Source of the DNA: Candidatus Norongarragalinales archaeon
GTDB lineage: Archaea; Micrarchaeota; Micrarchaeia; Norongarragalinales; DASYRB01
Reading direction: 5' to 3'
Assembly: GCA_036004805.1 (NCBI GenBank)
Contig: DASYRB010000008.1
Span: 3,090 to 67,089 of the forward strand
DNA length: 64,000 bases
How positions within the stretch are numbered: the first letter of the stretch is position 1; each line of letters opens with the position of its first letter. The notes under the pieces are model-generated. The model was not told the origin of the DNA. It saw only the letters and a list, made by a program, of their open reading frames with translations, and ran no database searches. This document shows positions 1 to 9,125 of this stretch, piece by piece. Position numbers and translations under genes: made by a program.

Positions 1-2
1 GG

Positions 3-1112
3 GTCTACTATCTCGACATCACCACGCCAACACAGCTCGTGGTGGCGATCAGGGATGATGATGGCGCGGTATTGACGGACAACTTCACGCTTTCAGCGCT
101 CGCGAAACTGGCGTATCACAACGACCAGTTGCGCCTCGCGGGCGTGCGCAGAGCTTCGGCGAGCGATTACTCTTCATTCCTCGAAGCCTTACAACCGACC
201 GCGCAGGACTTGCCGCAGCGCGTCGATTCCGCAATGCGTCCGCTCGACAACAAGTATCCCGAAATGCTGCTCAGCGTCACCCTAGTGCCGCTAGCGCAGG
301 TCGTTCATGATGACTGGCTTGACGCGACCGACCGCACACGCGACGCTTTGACACTGCAGGAACAATTCGACCGCAGCGTCGACAGCGCCGACCTCGAGCT
401 TTCTTACAACCAGCACGTCGCGAGCATGGATCGCGTCGACGCGCTGCTGAAAGCGATGGTCTCTTACCAACAAAACGTTACTGCGAAAGCCAACAACGCC
501 ACTGCGCGCTATTCAGGCACCAACCGCACCGAGATCGTGCAAGCGTTACAGAGCATTTACAACCTTGGCGACTTCGCTAACGCAAAGCTGCGTTTCGATT
601 CGGCGCGCGCAGAGTTCCAATCACGCGCCGGCGCCGAGGACGCTTGGAGCGCGAGGGCCGTCGAAAACTTGTTTTTCAGGAACACGCGCGCGAAAGCCAT
701 CGCGCAATACGATGCGCTCAAGCCCAGAGTGGAAGCATTGTTCGCGAGCGAGTCGACGCTTGCGAGCGCGGGCGTCGATCTTCAAGCGCTGCGCGCTTTG
801 TGGACGAGGATCGATGTGACGATGAAACAACCCGCAGCCACTCTCTCGGAATACGAGGTCGCGATCAGCAACATGGAGAGCGCGCAAGAACAAGTCAACG
901 AGGCTAACGCGAAATACCAATCCTATCTGCGCTCGCAACAACAACCAACCACCACTACACCGCAAGCTGATTATTCTTTGATCGCGATCGGTGTCGTGGT
1001 GCTCGCGATCGCTGGATACTTCGCTTACCAATACTGGAAGAAGCGTCAAGAAGGCGGCGGTAGTGCAGAGCCCGTGGTCGAGCGAAAGAGCGGTGGCGGT
1101 CTTTACGGCTAG
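3..1112 (+). CDS. Hypothetical surface/membrane-anchored protein, probably 5'-truncated by the window edge
   Basis: The frame of ORF 39..1112 stays open back to base 3 (VYYLDITTPTQL...), so the gene likely starts upstream. The C-terminus has a Thr run (PTTTTP), one hydrophobic helix (LIAIGVVVLAIAGYFAYQYW) and a KKRQ basic patch. No enzymatic motif recognised. Confidence 0.6.
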   Translation, partial: VYYLDITTPTQLVVAIRDDDGAVLTDNFTLSALAKLAYHNDQLRLAGVRRASASDYSSFLEALQPTAQDLPQRVDSAMRPLDNKYPEMLLSVTLVPLAQVVHDDWLDATDRTRDALTLQEQFDRSVDSADLELSYNQHVASMDRVDALLKAMVSYQQNVTAKANNATARYSGTNRTEIVQALQSIYNLGDFANAKLRFDSARAEFQSRAGAEDAWSARAVENLFFRNTRAKAIAQYDALKPRVEALFASESTLASAGVDLQALRALWTRIDVTMKQPAATLSEYEVAISNMESAQEQVNEANAKYQSYLRSQQQPTTTTPQADYSLIAIGVVVLAIAGYFAYQYWKKRQEGGGSAEPVVERKSGGGLYG

Positions 1113-2011
1113 GATTGTTTCGGTTCGCGCATGTGCAGCTCCAACACGTCGCCGTCTTGCAGGTCGTGGTCGGCGCTGACTCTCATTCCCGGAAACCTCG
1201 CGCTCGGACCCCAAACTCTTCCATATTCCAGGTTGCGGTAGAGGTCTTTGTGAATTTCTTTAGCCGCTTCAGCCACGGTCCGGTTGTCGTTGTGCAGCAC
1301 GATGGGTCTTGAAAAATCGGCTTCGCCGCGCGGCGACTTCGTATAAACGCGCACGAGACCGAGCTGTTTGTAGAGGCGTTCTTTCAGCGGCTGTAAGCAT
1401 TCCTTCTTCCAGGAAGGGCATTCTTGTTTTACGTCGATGAAGATTGCGGGTCGCTGTTTGAGGAATATGGGGTTGTTGTATTCGAAGAACTTTTTCTGTT
1501 CCTCGAGTTTTTGTGAAGAGTCGAGCACGATGATGACGAGGTCGGCTGTTTGCGAGTAGGCAAAAATTCGCGACTTGACCTGCTCGTTGATGGAAGGCGT
1601 GTCGAGCACTTGCACTTGTACGTTGTTGTGCAGCCACATGCCCGGTTCCAGTTTTGTGGTTTCGAAAGGCGAGCTGGTAGAAGGCATTTTCAGCCCGCAC
1701 AACGCGTTGAACAACGCTGTTTTCCCTGAGTTTGGGAAGCCGACGAGCGCGATTTGTGCGCCGCCTTGTTTTTTGACGAACTCGCCCTTGCCGCCCTTTT
1801 GGAGTTTCTTCCTTATTTCTTCTTTTGCGTGTTCTCGGATGAGTTGCGCGCGCTTGCTTCGAATGACGCGGAGGATGCTTTCTGCCGATTTGTGTTTGGG
1901 GCAGTAGCGCTCCATTTCCTGCAAGGCTTCCAGCTTTTCTTCGAAAGCCTTTGCGTTGCGGAAGCGCTCTTCGGCCGCGTAGTATTCTGGTCCCGCGTTC
2001 AGTGAAGCCAT
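1109..2011 (-). CDS. DRG/Obg-family GTPase with C-terminal TGS domain (short form)
   Basis: 300 aa. Walker A GFPNSGKT, G2-like PFETT, G3-like VLDTPS, and a C-terminal TGS-like segment (VRVYTKSPRGEADFSRPIVLH...VWGPSARFPG). No NKxD motif seen. Shorter than my recollection of roughly 365 aa for archaeal DRG. Confidence 0.8.
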   Translation of the reverse strand: MASLNAGPEYYAAEERFRNAKAFEEKLEALQEMERYCPKHKSAESILRVIRSKRAQLIREHAKEEIRKKLQKGGKGEFVKKQGGAQIALVGFPNSGKTALFNALCGLKMPSTSSPFETTKLEPGMWLHNNVQVQVLDTPSINEQVKSRIFAYSQTADLVIIVLDSSQKLEEQKKFFEYNNPIFLKQRPAIFIDVKQECPSWKKECLQPLKERLYKQLGLVRVYTKSPRGEADFSRPIVLHNDNRTVAEAAKEIHKDLYRNLEYGRVWGPSARFPGMRVSADHDLQDGDVLELHMREPKQS

Positions 2012-2080
2012 TAGTCTAGACTATTGATTGGGTCTTGGTTGAAAATAAAGACTGTTTGAGTTTTTCGGACGCGTTTTTTC

Positions 2081-2254
2081 TTAGAGCGCGTGTCCGGTGA
2101 GCATCGAGTAGACGACTCTCACGGTGACGGTGCCGTTCAAGAGCGTGGTGCCTCTTTGCGCGGGCGTCATGTAGTACGAATACATGAGATAGACGACGAT
2201 GAGTACGAGCAGAACGATTGCGGCGTAGACTAGTTTTTCTTTGGTCCAATCCAT
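2081..2254 (-). CDS. Small membrane protein (57 aa), hypothetical
   Basis: Not in the ORF track (<60 aa). Hand translation: MDWTKEKLVYAAIVLLVLIVVYLMYSYYMTPAQRGTTLLNGTVTVRVVYSMLTGHAL*. ATG start and one clear TM helix. More plausible than the Arg-rich ORF 2016..2249 in another frame. Confidence 0.45.
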   Translation of the reverse strand: MDWTKEKLVYAAIVLLVLIVVYLMYSYYMTPAQRGTTLLNGTVTVRVVYSMLTGHAL

Positions 2255-2307
2255 TTGTCAGATTTTACCTCTGTGAGGTGTTACAGCAGGAGTCTATTAT
2301 TGGGAGT

Positions 2308-2940
2308 TTAAAAAGTCTCGTTTTCTCGCTCGCGTCTCACTTTCCATACCTCGACGCGTTCGAAAAAGAAGCTTGCGGAACCGACGAGCTCTATCACGAA
2401 TCCTTTTTCCTGAAGCGTTTTGCGCGTTTTTTCTAGATCGTTCAGCGAAGACTGTACCAAGAGCAGTTTTCCGTTTGGCGCGAGATGGTTGTTGAAGGAT
2501 TGTAGGAAGCGGTCGATGGTTTCGCGTCCGTCCAGTCCTCCGTCGTAAGCGAGGTTCTCTTCGTCGTTCAGCTTTTCATCGTTCGCGGTGGGCAGGTATG
2601 GCGGGTTGAACAAGATCGTGTCGAACTTGCCTTTCAGGTTTTCAAAAATGTCGGTCTTGACGAAGTCGCAAGGCGTCGCGAGCGTTGAAGAATTGTCTTT
2701 CGCGGCGTGTACCGCGGCGTCGTTGAGATCGGCAAAAACGACGCGTTCAACATTGCCGTTCATGGTTGCAGTGATCCCAGCGATTCCCGTGCCGCATCCG
2801 AGGTCGAGGATTTTGCCTCGCGCGTTGTGGAAAGCCGCGCGAGCGAGCAATAGCGAGTCTTCTTGGGGTGGATAGACGGTGCGTGGCACGGAGACGTGTG
2901 GAAAGGAGAAAGAGCGGTCAGTCATTGTGTTTTGTTTCAA
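2308..2940 (-). CDS. HemK-related SAM-dependent methyltransferase (Mtq2/PrmC-like)
   Basis: 210 aa. SAM-binding ILDLGCGTGI, catalytic NPPY (LFNPPYLP), and the N-terminal VYPPQEDSLLL typical of archaeal HemK-related methylases. Confidence 0.85.
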   Translation of the reverse strand: MKQNTMTDRSFSFPHVSVPRTVYPPQEDSLLLARAAFHNARGKILDLGCGTGIAGITATMNGNVERVVFADLNDAAVHAAKDNSSTLATPCDFVKTDIFENLKGKFDTILFNPPYLPTANDEKLNDEENLAYDGGLDGRETIDRFLQSFNNHLAPNGKLLLVQSSLNDLEKTRKTLQEKGFVIELVGSASFFFERVEVWKVRRERENETF

Positions 2941-4524
2941 CTATAGCGGTCTTGCGTCGATGTGCACGCCGAGTTTCTTTTCGAGCACTTGTATCGTTTT
3001 GCCTTTGTGTCCGACTAGTTTGCCGATGTCGCGTTCTGGAGCGTAGACGGTGAGGTTGTCGCCTTCCAGCTTGATCTCGTACCTGTCAAGAAAACGAGAA
3101 AGCAGTCCGCGGATCTTGCCCTCGTTGATCTGTATCGCGGGTCCGGCGAGTCTTTCCTGTCCTTTGGCTTTGGCGTTCTTCACTGGGAAAACGACGGTTT
3201 CTTCGCCGAACTTGTAGATTTCGTACTCTATTTGTTGCGTCTCGAAATCCCTGACTTCTATCACGGGTCGGGCGAGGTCGGCTTCGCGCATTCCGTATGG
3301 TACTTTCACGACGAATGAAAGGTCGAGGACTTTCGCGACGTGTCCGGCGTGTATGAAGGTGATCGTGTCGATGACTTGCGGAATAACTCCCAAATCGATC
3401 TTTCCGATGAAGCGTTGAATCGCGTCGATGGCTCCGGACGCGTGCACTACGCCGACGAGGCCTATGCCTGCTAGGCGGAGGTCCGTGAAGATCTTGAAGT
3501 CTTCGGGTTTGCGTACCTCGTCGTAGATCGTGTAGTCGGGTCTTACTAGGAGGAGAATGTCGGCGGTGTTGTAGAAGCTGCCTTCTAGTGGCGCGTATTG
3601 GGTGATGAGCTTGCTGACTTGAAGGTCGCGTGGCTGTTCGAGTGTTTTCACTATCTTGTGTTGTTCTGCATAGTGGTCGGCGAGCGCGGTGGCGAACGTG
3701 CTTTTGCCGCTTCCCGGTCTTCCCGCGATGAGAATTCCTTCCGCCTTGCGCGCGATGCGGTCGTAGAGTTTGGGTGATAGTTTGTAGTCGCTTAGCGTGA
3801 GTTTGGCGATGGGTCGCACTATCGTGAGTTCCATTGCTTCGCTCAGGGGTGGCTTGGTGAACGTGACTCGATAGTTTCCTATTTGCAGAACTGTTGCGCC
3901 GCGTTTGTCGAGCTCGATGAAGCTTCTCGGGTTGCGTTTGCTGTACTCGATGGCTTCTTTCGTCATTTGCTCGATTTCTTCAGCATTGCTTTCCCTGTCT
4001 TCGATTTCTTTGAGCTCGAAGGCTCCTGGCATTCCGATCTTGGCGCGCGGCTTGAGGCCGTCCTTCAAGTGGACGCTGAGCGTTTGTGGCGTGAAGTATT
4101 TCGCGAAAGAGAGCTTGGGTTGCGTGACGATGGGTTCGAGGTATTCGACGCGCATTCCTTCTGCTTGAGCCACTTTTTGCTGAACCTTATCCGTCGTGAG
4201 CAGTTCGGCGTCGAACTTTTTAGCGATGGCGCGAATGTTGGCGTCGAGCGCGCCGTGCTTAGCTCGTTCGATTTCTTGGCTGGTTGGTCTCTCGCCGGCG
4301 AACTCGAGTGAGATCTTTTTTTCCTTGCTCATGTCGGCGAGTTTCTTGAGCTCGTCCAGGCCAGTAAAGCCCGTTTCCCTGCCAATGTTGGCTTGGTACT
4401 CGAGCTCCGCCACTACGACTTGTGGCACGATGACGCGTACTTTTTCTTTTTCGCGCGCGAGCCTTTCAGTGATCCTGCCATCGATAAGCACGCCTGTGTC
4501 TGGAACTATGACTAGCTCTTTCAT
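2941..4524 (-). CDS. PIN-domain / PilT-like ATPase / KH-domain protein
   Basis: 527 aa. N-terminal PIN-like VPDTGVLIDG, Walker A GRPGSGKST, C-terminal KH motif VGHKGKTIQVLEKKLG. This is the architecture of archaeal PIN-ATPase-KH proteins. Confidence 0.85.
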   Translation of the reverse strand: MKELVIVPDTGVLIDGRITERLAREKEKVRVIVPQVVVAELEYQANIGRETGFTGLDELKKLADMSKEKKISLEFAGERPTSQEIERAKHGALDANIRAIAKKFDAELLTTDKVQQKVAQAEGMRVEYLEPIVTQPKLSFAKYFTPQTLSVHLKDGLKPRAKIGMPGAFELKEIEDRESNAEEIEQMTKEAIEYSKRNPRSFIELDKRGATVLQIGNYRVTFTKPPLSEAMELTIVRPIAKLTLSDYKLSPKLYDRIARKAEGILIAGRPGSGKSTFATALADHYAEQHKIVKTLEQPRDLQVSKLITQYAPLEGSFYNTADILLLVRPDYTIYDEVRKPEDFKIFTDLRLAGIGLVGVVHASGAIDAIQRFIGKIDLGVIPQVIDTITFIHAGHVAKVLDLSFVVKVPYGMREADLARPVIEVRDFETQQIEYEIYKFGEETVVFPVKNAKAKGQERLAGPAIQINEGKIRGLLSRFLDRYEIKLEGDNLTVYAPERDIGKLVGHKGKTIQVLEKKLGVHIDARPL

Positions 4525-4551
4525 CGCTAAGAATTAGGTCGAAGGAGGGTT

Positions 4552-5754
4552 TTATTGGTGCGGTGAAGCCTTCGCGTCGAGCGCTTTCATTGCCTGTTCT
4601 ATTTCGCCTTCGGCCAGCAGATCGAATATCTGTTCCGCGTTGATGTCGAGGTTGGCTGCTTTGAGCTTGGTTTTGAGGATGTCGAGGCCCAATTCGCGCG
4701 AGCTTCTCGATTCTTCGCGCTGCCGACGCACTTTTTCGATCTGTTCTTTGAGCTCATCGCTCTCGAACTCCTTATCGATCGACGCTAACAGCTTGTCGCT
4801 GAACTCTTCACGCAGCTTTGAGACGTCGATGTGGCTCGAGCGCGTGCCTTTCGACAGCGTGCCGCGCAGCTTGATCTTGACGAGCGGCTTTTTCGCGTCC
4901 TTTTTCGACGCTACTTCCGCAAGCTTTTCGCGTGCTTTTGCCAAGACGTCGGTAGCGTTGGCTTGGTCGAGCTCGATGTCGATGTAGTAGAATGGCCGCG
5001 AGTCGATCTCGTTGAATTCCGCTTTGCGCGTGTTGGTGTCGAAGATCCAGAAGCCTTTGCGTTCTTGTTCGATCTCTTTCATTTGCGTGATGACGGTGCT
5101 TCCCGGAATGAGTACGCGTTTGCCTCCGCTGTTGATGTCGCGGCGCCAGTGAATGTGCCCATTCACGTAGAGATCGAAGCCTTCGGGAAGGTCGCTGATC
5201 GCGAGACAATCGTCTACGGGAATGAGTTCTTTGAGGGACTGGTGGAACGCGAAAATGCTGAAACAGCCTGGCAGGGGTTTTGGTTCCAGGGCTTTGACGG
5301 CTTGTGTTGCGAACTCTTCCGGCACGCCGCCCATTCCGTAAACCGCAACTTTCTCGCCGTTCTTTTCCACCACGACGTGTGAGGCGTGAATGTTGACGAA
5401 AACGCCGGCCGCGTCGAGCACTTGCACGATGTTCGTCATGCCCTTCGAACGCCTCTCGTGCGTGCCGTAGGTGACTAGGAGCGGGTTAGTTTCGAGCGTC
5501 GTGACGCTTCCGTCGCTGTTGACGCGCGTCATCGCTAGGTCGTTGGTTTTTTCTCGCATGAGGCCGCGTGCGTAATTGAAGAGCTGTATGGCTTCGTGCA
5601 CGGTTTCCTGCCTTGGCACGCGGATGTCGAACAAGTCTCCCGGGAGTAACATGACGTCGCAGTCGCGCGCGGCTTTGCTGAGTGCTTCGCGTGCTTGTGG
5701 CAGCGCGTCGTCGTTGTAGCCGAGGTGAAAATCAGAAGCTATGGCGATCTTCAT
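4552..5754 (-). CDS. Mre11/SbcD-like metallophosphoesterase
   Basis: 400 aa. Calcineurin-type motifs ASDFHLG, PGDLFD, GTHE, NGHIH, followed by a charged coiled-coil C-terminus. No Rad50 gene adjacent. Confidence 0.72.
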   Translation of the reverse strand: MKIAIASDFHLGYNDDALPQAREALSKAARDCDVMLLPGDLFDIRVPRQETVHEAIQLFNYARGLMREKTNDLAMTRVNSDGSVTTLETNPLLVTYGTHERRSKGMTNIVQVLDAAGVFVNIHASHVVVEKNGEKVAVYGMGGVPEEFATQAVKALEPKPLPGCFSIFAFHQSLKELIPVDDCLAISDLPEGFDLYVNGHIHWRRDINSGGKRVLIPGSTVITQMKEIEQERKGFWIFDTNTRKAEFNEIDSRPFYYIDIELDQANATDVLAKAREKLAEVASKKDAKKPLVKIKLRGTLSKGTRSSHIDVSKLREEFSDKLLASIDKEFESDELKEQIEKVRRQREESRSSRELGLDILKTKLKAANLDINAEQIFDLLAEGEIEQAMKALDAKASPHQ

Positions 5755-5825
5755 TTGCTGAAAAAATCCCTTCGTCGAGAAATAGATATCAGCATGTTCT
5801 TATACGCGCGCCGACCAAAACACCT

Positions 5826-6200
5826 ATGGGGAAAATGGCTCTAGAACAATGGCTACTGTACGCAGTGGCAGCGATGCTTCTTTTCAGCGTCACTAACGTA
5901 GTCCTAAAGATTCTCGTCACTGATTACGCGATCCACGACTTTTCCAACCTGACGAACGCGCTTTCCGAAATCAAGGGCGCCGCGCTCTTGCTTCTCGTCG
6001 TAGCTTTTTCTCTTGCGGGCATTTGGTTCATGCTCTCGGCACTCAGCATCGGCAAGGTCGCGATCGTTTCCGGCGTGCTCGCGATGGGAGTCGTTTTAGT
6101 CGCGGTCTTCTCTTACTTCTTGCTTGGCGACAGGTTCGCGTTGAAAGAACTCGGCGCGCTCGGACTCGCTCTTATCAGCATCTTGTTGCTGTTATTCTAA
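5826..6200 (+). CDS. Small multi-TM membrane protein (half-size EamA/SMR-like transporter)
   Basis: ORF 5682..6200 trimmed to the ATG at 5826 (MGKMALEQWLLYAVAAMLLF...). 124 aa, about four hydrophobic helices. The upstream extension is Arg-rich and runs into the divergent gene's start. Confidence 0.6.
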   Translation: MGKMALEQWLLYAVAAMLLFSVTNVVLKILVTDYAIHDFSNLTNALSEIKGAALLLLVVAFSLAGIWFMLSALSIGKVAIVSGVLAMGVVLVAVFSYFLLGDRFALKELGALGLALISILLLLF

Positions 6201-7154
6201 TTCGAGGAGCGCTTCGTTCGCGATGAATTCTGAAAAAAGTCTAGCGTAAGCGGGCCTGAACTGCGCGCCACCCACGTGCTGGTGTCCGCCGCCGCTTCCG
6301 GAATACTTTCTCGCACCGCGTTCCATGAGTTGCCCCACGTTAGGCTTTGAGAGCGTTTCTCGCTTTACCGCGCTCGCCTTTCCTTCAAGAGGGTTTATGG
6401 CGATGCCGACATCAGCGCCGCACTGCACAAGCGCGCTCGCGACCTGAATCGTGAAAGCCCTGCAGTTCGTCCAAGCGACCACCATGTGATTCTTGCTCGT
6501 GAGCATTCGCGCGTTCTTCACCGCGTCAAGCACGGCCATTTTCTGTCCATAGTCCGGCTCTCCTTCCGCGATCGCTAGGATTTGCGAGTACTGCTTTTTC
6601 GCGAGCTTCATGAGTTCGCTCACCGCGATGAAGGTCGAGGGCTTGGCGCTCTTGAAGTTGGCGCTGTCACGGAAGACTCCCGCAAGCAACAGCGTCGCGA
6701 GCCTGTCGCCAGGTTTCTTTTGGGCCATTTTCAGAAGTTCGAAAACTATTTCGCACGTGCTCGCGCTCTCTTCATCCACGTAACGCGTGCTTGCCTGTAA
6801 GTAATCGCTGTGGTAGTGGTGGTCGATGACAACGATTTTGCCTTTGACTTGTTTCAGCTCGTCGAGCCTTTCGCTGATGAGCGCGGGCGTGCTGACGTCA
6901 ACGAAAACCACGTTGTCGTAATTGAACAAGGGTCGCGCGATGGGCATCGCGAACTTGGTGGCTTTGAGTGCGCGTTTCGCGTCGCTGGCTATCGCGTCGA
7001 TGCTGGCTGCTTCGCTGTTGGGAATAAGTTGTTCGAGCGCAATGGCGCTGGCGACCGCGTCCACGTCTCCGAGAGAGTGGAAGGTGATGAGTGTGCGTCC
7101 TTTGAGTTGTTTGAGCGCGTGAAAGGTTTCGGATAGCGTTGAGAAGAGCTTCAT
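6192..7154 (-). CDS. DHH/DHHA1 phosphoesterase (NrnA/RecJ-like)
   Basis: 320 aa. DHH motif VVIDHHYH and DHHA1 motif GSGGGHQHVGGA. Confidence 0.8.
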   Translation of the reverse strand: MKLFSTLSETFHALKQLKGRTLITFHSLGDVDAVASAIALEQLIPNSEAASIDAIASDAKRALKATKFAMPIARPLFNYDNVVFVDVSTPALISERLDELKQVKGKIVVIDHHYHSDYLQASTRYVDEESASTCEIVFELLKMAQKKPGDRLATLLLAGVFRDSANFKSAKPSTFIAVSELMKLAKKQYSQILAIAEGEPDYGQKMAVLDAVKNARMLTSKNHMVVAWTNCRAFTIQVASALVQCGADVGIAINPLEGKASAVKRETLSKPNVGQLMERGARKYSGSGGGHQHVGGAQFRPAYARLFSEFIANEALLELE

Positions 7155-7499
7155 TTAGCGGGCCATTTTTTGGCTGGCGTTCTCGATCTTGGCTTTGAGT
7201 TGTTCTAGTCTTTCTCTGATTTTTTGTTCTTGTTTGTCGAGCGTGCCTTGTCTGAGTTCGAGCGTTTCCTTCTCTTCCAGCAATTCCTTCTTCAACACGT
7301 CTTTGGGTTTGGGAACGAGGATGGGTCCGGCGGCGCGGTAGACGGTGCCTTGTGCGTGTTCTATTTCTTCGAGCGCTTTGTCGAGATCTGCGATCTGTAG
7401 CTGTGTTTGTTGTTTTTGGTAGTCGATTATTTGCGCTTGTTGTTGCATGGCCTGGAAGCTGGTTATGTCTGCTCGCAGGTCTTCAGAAATTTCTGGCAT
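7155..7499 (-). CDS. pfdB: Prefoldin beta subunit
   Basis: 114 aa. Two coiled-coil arms flank a central beta hairpin region (VYRAAGPILVPKPKDVLKKEL). Typical size and layout. Confidence 0.85.
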   Translation of the reverse strand: MPEISEDLRADITSFQAMQQQAQIIDYQKQQTQLQIADLDKALEEIEHAQGTVYRAAGPILVPKPKDVLKKELLEEKETLELRQGTLDKQEQKIRERLEQLKAKIENASQKMAR

Positions 7500-7515
7500 T
7501 TTAGAGAAACACTTT

Positions 7516-7809
7516 CTACTTGTTTTGCTTTATAATAGCCATCGAATCCGTGACGATCTTGAAGTCCCTCAACACGCTCGTCGACCGCGCCCGCAAAGCC
7601 GCATAATCCCTCGCCTCGATCAAAGCGATAACGTTCCTTCCTTTCTTTTCCCATGATACTCGTGCGCGTTCGCCTTCTTCCTTGTCGATGAATTCGTCGT
7701 CCTCGTTTTTCGCCTTGCGCGCGGTAGAGGTGCTTGCGCTTTTCAGCACGATGAGAGCCTTTTCGGCTTGTGCGTCGTTCGCGAAGTCTACTTCAATTGT
7801 CGCTTTCAT
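7516..7809 (-). CDS. Pcc1/CTAG-like small protein (possible KEOPS subunit)
   Basis: ORF 7516..7869 trimmed to MKATIEVDFANDAQAEKAL... (ATG at 7809). About 97 aa. Assignment rests on size, weak resemblance and its position between the Brix and prefoldin genes. Confidence 0.5.
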   Translation of the reverse strand: MKATIEVDFANDAQAEKALIVLKSASTSTARKAKNEDDEFIDKEEGERARVSWEKKGRNVIALIEARDYAALRARSTSVLRDFKIVTDSMAIIKQNK

Positions 7810-8281
7810 TTTTCTTTCCCTCAAAAAATCCTGCAATGGTGAGCTCGAGGCCTGAAGCTTTGCCGTCAATCATGAATTCGATCTTGTTCTTGCTCGCGAT
7901 CATTTCCACGTCGGGCTCGCTTTCCTTTTCGAGAAGGAATAGTTGCGCGATTTCTTCGCTTTTCTTGTCCAGCGCGTTGAAAGAGATCGTTGCCGGCCTG
8001 CTTCTGGATGGCTTTGCTTGTGGCATCTTGACGTTTTTCAGCACGATCTCGGGCCAGATCCACTCGTCCTCGAAGAATGACAGTGTGGAGGGGTTGCCGT
8101 TCTTTTCTCCGATGAACAACAGCCTGCGTCTGCCTTTCTTGTTTGCTAACTGTTCCATTTCGGGCAGGGAACGCTTGCCGCGGTTTTCGCACTCTGCCTT
8201 GAGGACGAACGCGAGCCACCTGCACAGTTTTCTTGTGAGGACTGAGGGCTTGCGGCTGGTTGTTATGAGTAAGCTTGACAC
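7793..8281 (-). CDS. Brix/Imp4-domain ribosome biogenesis protein
   Basis: 162 aa. N-terminal LITTSRKPSVLTRKLCRWL resembles the archaeal Brix-domain N-terminus. Its 3' end overlaps the next gene's start by 17 nt. Confidence 0.7.
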   Translation of the reverse strand: MSSLLITTSRKPSVLTRKLCRWLAFVLKAECENRGKRSLPEMEQLANKKGRRRLLFIGEKNGNPSTLSFFEDEWIWPEIVLKNVKMPQAKPSRSRPATISFNALDKKSEEIAQLFLLEKESEPDVEMIASKNKIEFMIDGKASGLELTIAGFFEGKKNESDN

Positions 8282-8318
8282 GATAATCGTAAAAGGCGAC
8301 GCGTGTTATTAATTACCG

Positions 8319-9125
8319 ATGAACTGGCGCGTCCTTGCACCGATCGTTGCTGATGGTTATTGGCAGATGGCTTGCGACAAGGCGTTATTGGAGAGAGTTG
8401 CTGCTGGAACCTCTCCGCCTACGGTTCGTACTTATTTTTGGAAACCGAGCGCGCTCACGATCGGCATGGCCCAAAATGCAGGAGCTTTTGCGGCGGCTTG
8501 CAGTCGTGAAAAAGTAGATCTCGTGATGCGGCCGACGGGTGGTGGCGCGTTGTTGCACGACGAAAAAACCTTAACGTACAGCGTGATTGGCACTGAGAAA
8601 GAGTTGGGAACGATTGCTGAAAGTTATTACCGTATCTGTAATCCCGTGCTGCGCGCGATTCGCGATTGCGGCGTTGATGCAAAATTTAGTGAGGAGCGCA
8701 CTGCGGAAGAGGATAAGTGGGACGCGTGTGTTGCGCGGCGTTCGCCGCTCAATGATATCGTGGTCAATGCGAGGAAGGTTTCGGGCAATGCGCAGTCGCG
8801 TCGAAGTGGCGCGGTGTTGCAGCACGGCAGCGTTTTCTTCGACACTGACTTGAGGCTAATGGCAGAACTCGTTGGTGACGAGAGCGCGGTGAAGAAAGCT
8901 ACGACGATGAAGGTGCATGGCGCGAAGAGTTTCAAAACTGCGAACGAAAAGCTCGAGGCAGAATTGTCGAAAGAGTTCAAAGCGGTACCAGACGTGCTTT
9001 CCGGGGAAGAATTGAGAGAGATTGATGCGTTCGTTCAGTCCATCAAGAGCTCGTCAGGGTCCTCGAGAACTTCCTTCAGGTCGTTGAGGAATCTTGAGGC
9101 TTCCGCGCCGTCGAAAACCTTGTGA
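8319..9125 (+). CDS. lplA: Lipoate-protein ligase (LplA-type, catalytic domain)
   Basis: 268 aa. Motifs RPTGGGALLHD and ARKVSGNAQ (ligase lysine). The 3' end overlaps the convergent E2 gene by 91 nt. Confidence 0.85.
   Translation: MNWRVLAPIVADGYWQMACDKALLERVAAGTSPPTVRTYFWKPSALTIGMAQNAGAFAAACSREKVDLVMRPTGGGALLHDEKTLTYSVIGTEKELGTIAESYYRICNPVLRAIRDCGVDAKFSEERTAEEDKWDACVARRSPLNDIVVNARKVSGNAQSRRSGAVLQHGSVFFDTDLRLMAELVGDESAVKKATTMKVHGAKSFKTANEKLEAELSKEFKAVPDVLSGEELREIDAFVQSIKSSSGSSRTSFRSLRNLEASAPSKTL

Noticed and set aside
2016-2249. 77-aa Arg-rich ORF from the track
   Set aside because: A different frame of the same region encodes a much more protein-like 57-aa TM protein with an ATG start (2081..2254). 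The Arg-rich frame was rejected as a shadow.
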